Positions 61,821 to 64,000 of a DNA stretch of 64,000 nt are shown here, piece after piece. The DNA is from an uncultured Chryseobacterium sp. GTDB taxonomy: Bacteria; Bacteroidota; Bacteroidia; Flavobacteriales_F; PHOS-HE28. Location of the stretch: positions 10,557-74,556 of the forward strand of contig CAZYPC010000007.1 of NCBI GenBank assembly GCA_964649165.1, written 5' to 3'. Each line of letters opens with the position of its first letter. Within the stretch, counting starts at the first letter, position 1. The notes under the pieces were generated by a model. That model made no database searches and was not told the DNA's origin. It saw only the letters and a list, made by a program, of their open reading frames with translations. The translations under genes were made by a program, and so were the position numbers.

Positions 61821-64000
61821 ATGATGCTCCAATTACGCTCCAACCTGCTGGTCCTTCTGGTCGCTTGCGTGTTCGGCGCATATGCACAGGAAGGCGCGAA
61901 CGACCCGACGTTCAACCCCGCGGCTGCGGGTTTCGGAACAGGGGACGGCGCGAATGGCTGGGTGGAGGCGATCGCCCTTCAGCCGGATGGCAAAGCCATG
62001 ATCGGGGGCAGTTTCGTCACGTACGGCGGGGCGGTCCGGTACAAGATCGCGCGTATCCTGGCGAATGGATCCATCGATCCGAGCTTCACCACCGGGTCCG
62101 GTGCGAATTCATCGGTCACTTCGGTGCTCGTGCAACCGGACGGCAAGATCCTCATCACCGGACTGTTCACATCGTACAATGGAACGAACAGGGCCCGCAT
62201 CGCGCGATTGAATGCGGATGGCAGCATCGATACCACGTTCGACCCGGGTACCGGAGCATCCGGTTCCATCAGGACTTGCGCTCTGCAGCCGGACGGGAAG
62301 ATCCTCATCGGCGGGGAGTTCCTGTCCTACAACGGAACAGCCCGGCCACGGATCGCACGGCTCAACCCCGATGGTGGTCTGGACCCGACATTCAACCCGG
62401 GCGGCTCGGGTGCACTTGGCTTCATTTACTGCCTGGACCTGCGAACGGATGGCAAGATCATGATCGCCGGCAACTTGTCCAGCTACAATGGCACGGTGAG
62501 GAACAAGATCGCCCGGCTCAACGCCGATGGCAGCCTGGACACCTCGTTCGATCCGGGATCCGGAGCGAACTCATTGATACTGACCTGTCGTTCCCAACCG
62601 GATGGGCGCGTACTGGTGGGTGGCACGTTCACCACCGTGGGCGGTGTGGCCCGGGGCCGTTCCGCCCGCCTGAATGCGGATGGCAGCCTCGACACCACGT
62701 TCGATGTCGGAGCGGGAGCCGACAATACCGTGGGTACATGTTCGCTTCAAACTGATGGCCGGGTGATCGTTGGTGGCGAGTTCACTTCATTCGGTAGTTC
62801 GGACAGTGACCGGATCGTTCGTTTGAACGCCGATGGCAGTGTAGACGCCTCCTTTGATCCAGGCACCGGTGCTGATGGGGAAGTGCTTTCATGCGCCGTA
62901 CTCCCCGACGGTAAAATGCTCATCGGAGGCAAGTTCATCGCGTTCGATGGGGAGCCGAGGAACAGGATCCTCCGGCTGAACCATGATGGATCACCCGATA
63001 CGGCCTACGACCCGGGTAGCGGGGCCAACAACACCGTATTGGAGATCGAACAGCTTTCCGATGGCAGGATCATGGTCGGCGGTTACCTCACCGGATACAA
63101 TGGGGAACTGCGCATGGGTCTCGCACGACTGGAAGCCGATGGCACCATCGACGCCTCGTTCGATCCTGGTCCGGGGGTCAACTCTGGTAGCATCGTGCGC
63201 GCGATCGCCACGCAGCCTGATGGCAAGTCCATCATCGGCGGTCCTTTCAGCACCTATGCGGGCGTCCCGATGCTCGGTATCGCGCGCATCAACACCGATG
63301 GCACGCTGGACCCCTCCTTCGACCCCGGAACCGGCACCGGCGACGTGTACGACATCGCCATACAGCCCGATGGGAAGATCATCATCGTGGGGAGCTTCAC
63401 CACCTACAATGGCGTTACTCGTAACCGGATCGCCCGTATCAACACCGATGGAAGCCTGGATGCGACCTTCAACCCGGGCAGTGGCGCGATAACGCAGGTC
63501 AATGTGGTCGCGCTCGCCCCGGACGGTAAGGTCATGATCGGAGGCACGTTCCAATTGTACAACGGAGCGGTCAGGAACCGCCTGGCCCGACTGCATGCGG
63601 ACGGCAGTCTGGATGCAGGATTCAACCCGGGCCAAGGGCCCGACGCCACCGTGGTTGACCTGGACGTACTTCCCGACGGGAAGGTGATGATCGCTGGGAG
63701 CTTCGCCACCTACGGCGGAACAGCGCGCAACGGTGCGGCTCGGGTGAATACCAACGGCACGCTTGACACGAGTTTCAACCCCGGCAGCGGTGCGGCCGGG
63801 TTCACTTACGCATGCCTGGTGCAACCGGATGGCCGCACGGTCGTCGCCGGATCCTTCAGTTCGTTCAATGGATCGGCGGCGAACAACCTGGTGAGACTGG
63901 ATGCCACGGGCGCGATCGATCCCGGCTTCGAGATGGGCACGGCAGCGGATCGATCCGTCAGGGCGATGGATATGGATGCCCAAGGACGCATCGTGATCGG
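61821..64000 (+). CDS. Second delta-60 repeat protein. Partial: runs off the right edge.
   Basis: Absent from the ORF track because the frame is open to the edge. ATG 61821 gives MMLQLRSNLLVLLVACVFGAYAQEGANDPTFNP, followed by the same repeat type (ARLNADGSIDTTFDPGTG...LQPDGKILIGGEF). The listed ORF 61799..62755 is in a different frame. Confidence 0.8.
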   Translation, partial: MMLQLRSNLLVLLVACVFGAYAQEGANDPTFNPAAAGFGTGDGANGWVEAIALQPDGKAMIGGSFVTYGGAVRYKIARILANGSIDPSFTTGSGANSSVTSVLVQPDGKILITGLFTSYNGTNRARIARLNADGSIDTTFDPGTGASGSIRTCALQPDGKILIGGEFLSYNGTARPRIARLNPDGGLDPTFNPGGSGALGFIYCLDLRTDGKIMIAGNLSSYNGTVRNKIARLNADGSLDTSFDPGSGANSLILTCRSQPDGRVLVGGTFTTVGGVARGRSARLNADGSLDTTFDVGAGADNTVGTCSLQTDGRVIVGGEFTSFGSSDSDRIVRLNADGSVDASFDPGTGADGEVLSCAVLPDGKMLIGGKFIAFDGEPRNRILRLNHDGSPDTAYDPGSGANNTVLEIEQLSDGRIMVGGYLTGYNGELRMGLARLEADGTIDASFDPGPGVNSGSIVRAIATQPDGKSIIGGPFSTYAGVPMLGIARINTDGTLDPSFDPGTGTGDVYDIAIQPDGKIIIVGSFTTYNGVTRNRIARINTDGSLDATFNPGSGAITQVNVVALAPDGKVMIGGTFQLYNGAVRNRLARLHADGSLDAGFNPGQGPDATVVDLDVLPDGKVMIAGSFATYGGTARNGAARVNTNGTLDTSFNPGSGAAGFTYACLVQPDGRTVVAGSFSSFNGSAANNLVRLDATGAIDPGFEMGTAADRSVRAMDMDAQGRIVI

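Noticed and set aside
61799-62755. 318-aa plus-strand ORF at the start of the last gene
   Set aside because: It is in a different frame from ATG 61821. That frame gives a signal peptide and regular delta-60 repeats and stays open to the window end. The listed ORF translation is Arg/Gly/His-rich junk.
59225-64000. Periodic roughly 150-bp repeats as a CRISPR-like or satellite array
   Set aside because: The periodicity lies entirely within long open frames that encode a known protein repeat. The copies are diverged at DNA level, and there is no repeat-spacer structure.

Overview
The window is a high-GC chromosomal segment, about 60-70% GC in housekeeping genes by eye. I assign it to Bacteroidota because at least 11 proteins end in T9SS-type C-terminal sorting domains and TAnnTTTG-like -7 boxes recur upstream of genes. 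About 57 CDS are supported. Housekeeping genes include mutL, mtaB, lgt, fsa, nnr, pcm, hbd, accC and sucC. They are interleaved with secreted or T9SS cargo proteins: an M28 peptidase, an SBBP propeller, a BNR/sortilin-like giant and two tandem delta-60-repeat proteins. Both window edges cut real genes that the ORF track omits: a GH3/beta-lactamase fusion at 1..2216 (minus) and a second delta-60 protein at 61821..64000 (plus). Many track ORFs are over-extended at the 5' end, and I moved their starts to internal ATGs that precede signal peptides. The longest ORFs in the track (1005, 798 and 645 aa) are antisense or read-through artefacts of high GC. The observations most worth a second look are: (1) a 404-bp perfectly identical tract shared by two otherwise diverged tandem T9SS-cargo paralogs, which looks like gene conversion, with a third inverted paralog next door. 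(2) A 3.4-kb accessory islet between accC and sucC that carries a PIN toxin-antitoxin pair, an antitoxin-RelE-alpha/beta-hydrolase tricistron with overlapping stop and start codons, and an orphan antitoxin paralog. (3) An SRP (4.5S) RNA hidden under a spurious ORF start. (4) A 541-bp GC-rich noncoding stretch with no assignable function. (5) A 40-bp near-perfect palindrome upstream of hbd. I recognised no rRNA, tRNA, CRISPR array, transposase, integrase or phage genes by eye. I did not find a clear-cut novel multi-gene system, and all functional calls rest on motif recognition without database searches.
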